A DNA stretch of 64,000 nucleotides, taken from positions 672,001 through 736,000 of the forward strand of contig CP000069.1 of assembly GCA_000002445.1 (NCBI GenBank), written 5' to 3'. Under the pieces are notes generated by a model. It saw only the letters and a list, made by a program, of their open reading frames with translations, made no database searches and had not been told where the DNA came from. How positions within the stretch are numbered: position 1 is the first letter of the stretch; each line of letters opens with the position of its first letter. Shown piece by piece: positions 62,023-64,000 of the stretch. A program made the translations under genes and the position numbers. The DNA comes from Trypanosoma brucei. Its lineage: Eukaryota.

Positions 62023-64000
62023 ATGCTTAGCATCACACGGTGCATTCGGGGCTCGTTTATACTCAATGCACGCGTTGTCCCGGATTGGTGGCAGCCGTTT
62101 CATCGTGAGGAGCGGCATCGTACCGCTGTGGCTCGTATAGCGCATCTCCGCTCATCCACAGCCGACGGCGCTGCGGTCACCCGTGAGTCTGAGAGGGAAG
62201 CAGTACCCATCACGCTGCAAGAAGCGAACGAACTCGTTGACACATATACACGTAACCATAATGCAGAGGATCTCAGTTTGGTCCTTCAACACATCCGGGA
62301 AACACTACAAGAGTCGCTTGATAGTTTTCACTACCAATCACTCTTCCGCGTGTTTAACTACACACGGGATAAGGACAACGTCGAGCAGTTGCTCCTTATG
62401 ATGGTGCAGCGCGGTGAAGTCGATGCTGCCGTGTTTGCGCGTATCATTGACACATTTCACTGTCTGAGCCCCGTTAATGTCCTCAGTAGTATTCTTCGCG
62501 TGTTTGCGGCAGCACAAGATGCGTTAGGTAACGAGATATGTGGTGCGGATGGTTGTCCACTGCTCACATCTGTACTCCACCATGTGGCTAATAGCAGCGA
62601 CTACCCACCCACTGCATCCCTACTTGTGGTGGTGTGGATGCGCGCGTTAGGCGTGCAGCTCTGTGACTGGGACTACGTGCACATTTTTGCCGTACTTCTT
62701 TCGCATGCAGATGCGTTTCCGCGGGTACGGAGTACAATAGCGGTGTTTAATGACTTCCCTCGCGGTGAGGTCAGCCCACAGGCACTATTTCAGCGCCTGG
62801 AGGACCGCGGGGAACTGTCGCCAGCTTCTGGGCCGTTGAGTCTTCTTGTGGAGGCCATGCGTTCCTCGCTTCAGTTAGCTGGGGTGCCCCTGGAGACGCC
62901 TGTGAAAACTTGTGTGGTAAACACAAGAACGGCGGGTCTCTCCGCGATAATTGAGTTCGTTGTGGATGATATGGCATCCGCGGCGGCTGAGGGGAAACTT
63001 ATGGGCAATCTGCTTCATTGTTACCATGCACTTGCCTTGCTACAAAGCACGCTAAGAAATAATACAGCTGCTGTGGAAACTCTGCACCGTGTTGCTCGTG
63101 AGGTGAAACGTCGGGAGTCCACACTCGAAAAGGGGACCGATCATGCTTCACTGGCGGCAAGTAGTGAATGCGTTCATCATCATTATCTTATCGATATGGG
63201 AACACTGCTGCAACGTGTAAGTGCCCATACTTTGCAGGGAGTCCGTGTAGACTATGCCAAATCAGCGCAAAGTGCAAGTTCTGATGTTTCACAGAATGAC
63301 ATTGTGGCGGCGGAGAGTTATGCCATAGTGTTTGTGCGGAGCAACGATGAGGCGAGGGAAGCACTGCGTCAAGTAACTGAGAGTGTTGATCTCACACATC
63401 ATCGAACACGGCTCCAAACGAAGCTCATGTTTCGCCGCTTTGTGGAACTTTGTGCGCGGCACCCCAAAAAAAATTGTAAGATGACCCCCACAGGTCTTGA
63501 AGAGCGACGGAAGTGGGGTCGGTATTTGGACGCACGTGACACTTCTCTGGCTCTCTTTGGTTCAGCCAAGCAGGCACGTGATTCGATGAAGCATCTCTTT
63601 TATAACGACAACAAGATGCCAGAGCTCCGTAGCCCGGCAATAATTGAGAGAGACATGAATGATACGGCAGCCTTATTCAAATGGAAGCGCGCACCCACTG
63701 TCGCGTCACTGCGCCAACGTACATCAGTTCCTCATGTCCAATGCTCATCGCATGCTGTGCCGCGTCACCTTTGGGATCCCAATGTCTATAACCCCTATCC
63801 GCACGTTATGCTTTCTATTAGCCCTATGGAAGAAGAGCGCATCACTGATGATATTTTCCAAGAACTGTGGCGTGTCCTAATGAACCCTTCTCTCGTTGGG
63901 ACGGACCAGTGGTATTTGCGGGATGCAGAAATGTATTTGTTGCTGATGCGTTGTCTTATTCACCGCCTTGACTGGGAAGCCGCTGCCCACCTCACTATCA
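62023..64000 (+). CDS. 5' portion of a long hypothetical gene that runs off the right window edge (at least 659 aa, MLSITRCIRGSFILNARVVPDWWQPF...). It is absent from the ORF track because it is unterminated.
   Basis: A manual codon walk from ATG 62023 (preceded by an in-frame TGA at 62020) to 64000 found no stop. The other two plus frames and the minus frames contain only short ORFs across the same 2 kb. Confidence 0.55.
   Translation, partial: MLSITRCIRGSFILNARVVPDWWQPFHREERHRTAVARIAHLRSSTADGAAVTRESEREAVPITLQEANELVDTYTRNHNAEDLSLVLQHIRETLQESLDSFHYQSLFRVFNYTRDKDNVEQLLLMMVQRGEVDAAVFARIIDTFHCLSPVNVLSSILRVFAAAQDALGNEICGADGCPLLTSVLHHVANSSDYPPTASLLVVVWMRALGVQLCDWDYVHIFAVLLSHADAFPRVRSTIAVFNDFPRGEVSPQALFQRLEDRGELSPASGPLSLLVEAMRSSLQLAGVPLETPVKTCVVNTRTAGLSAIIEFVVDDMASAAAEGKLMGNLLHCYHALALLQSTLRNNTAAVETLHRVAREVKRRESTLEKGTDHASLAASSECVHHHYLIDMGTLLQRVSAHTLQGVRVDYAKSAQSASSDVSQNDIVAAESYAIVFVRSNDEAREALRQVTESVDLTHHRTRLQTKLMFRRFVELCARHPKKNCKMTPTGLEERRKWGRYLDARDTSLALFGSAKQARDSMKHLFYNDNKMPELRSPAIIERDMNDTAALFKWKRAPTVASLRQRTSVPHVQCSSHAVPRHLWDPNVYNPYPHVMLSISPMEEERITDDIFQELWRVLMNPSLVGTDQWYLRDAEMYLLLMRCLIHRLDWEAAAHLTI

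Noticed and set aside
1-64000. Prokaryotic-style systems: CRISPR arrays, restriction-modification, toxin-antitoxin, and defence islands.
   Set aside because: The sequence is eukaryotic (kinetoplastid). It has no short direct-repeat/spacer arrays and no operon structure. The only N-methyltransferase is a protein N-terminal methyltransferase, not a DNA methyltransferase.

Overview
Organism and overall architecture: this 64 kb window is a eukaryotic kinetoplastid (trypanosomatid) chromosome segment. It is most consistent with Trypanosoma brucei chromosome 6 around the tandem adenosine kinase locus. It is not a prokaryotic locus, and I found no CRISPR array, operon, tRNA or rRNA. Genes are intron-less, densely packed and strictly strand-clustered. 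From about 1 to 14020 all credible genes are on the minus strand, and from 18029 to the end all are on the plus strand. A roughly 4 kb divergent strand-switch region lies between them. Polypyrimidine tracts followed by AG precede most ORFs on their coding strand, which fits trans-splicing. The ORF track uses alternative start codons (GTG, TTG). I therefore moved several starts to the first in-frame ATG.

Main content:
- A near-perfect tandem segmental duplication with an 8,866 bp period, at 39646..47455 and 48512..56321. Each unit carries five genes: a small membrane protein, an alpha-N-terminal protein methyltransferase, a prefoldin-like protein, a circularly permuted YqeH/NOA1-like GTPase, and adenosine kinase. 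A 395 bp relic of the GTPase 3' end sits at the junction between units.
- Two tandem RPS30 genes.
- GrpE and a DJ-1 family protein.
- An armadillo-repeat protein with an RGG tail.
- A protein with about eight near-identical 87 nt in-frame repeats.
- A PH-AGC (AKT-like) kinase.
- A catalytically degenerate PI-PLC-like protein with a PDZ domain.
- An IQ-HECT ubiquitin ligase.
- A TPR protein and a CS-domain protein.
- Truncated genes at both window edges. The right-hand one is missing from the ORF track.
- A roughly 250 bp dispersed inverted repeat at 566..817 and 14766..15010.
- GT-rich strand-asymmetric sequence flanking the strand-switch region on both sides.

I see no evidence of a novel defence-type system. 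The interesting signals are structural: the duplication, concerted evolution between its copies, the repeat elements, and the candidate transcription-start region.
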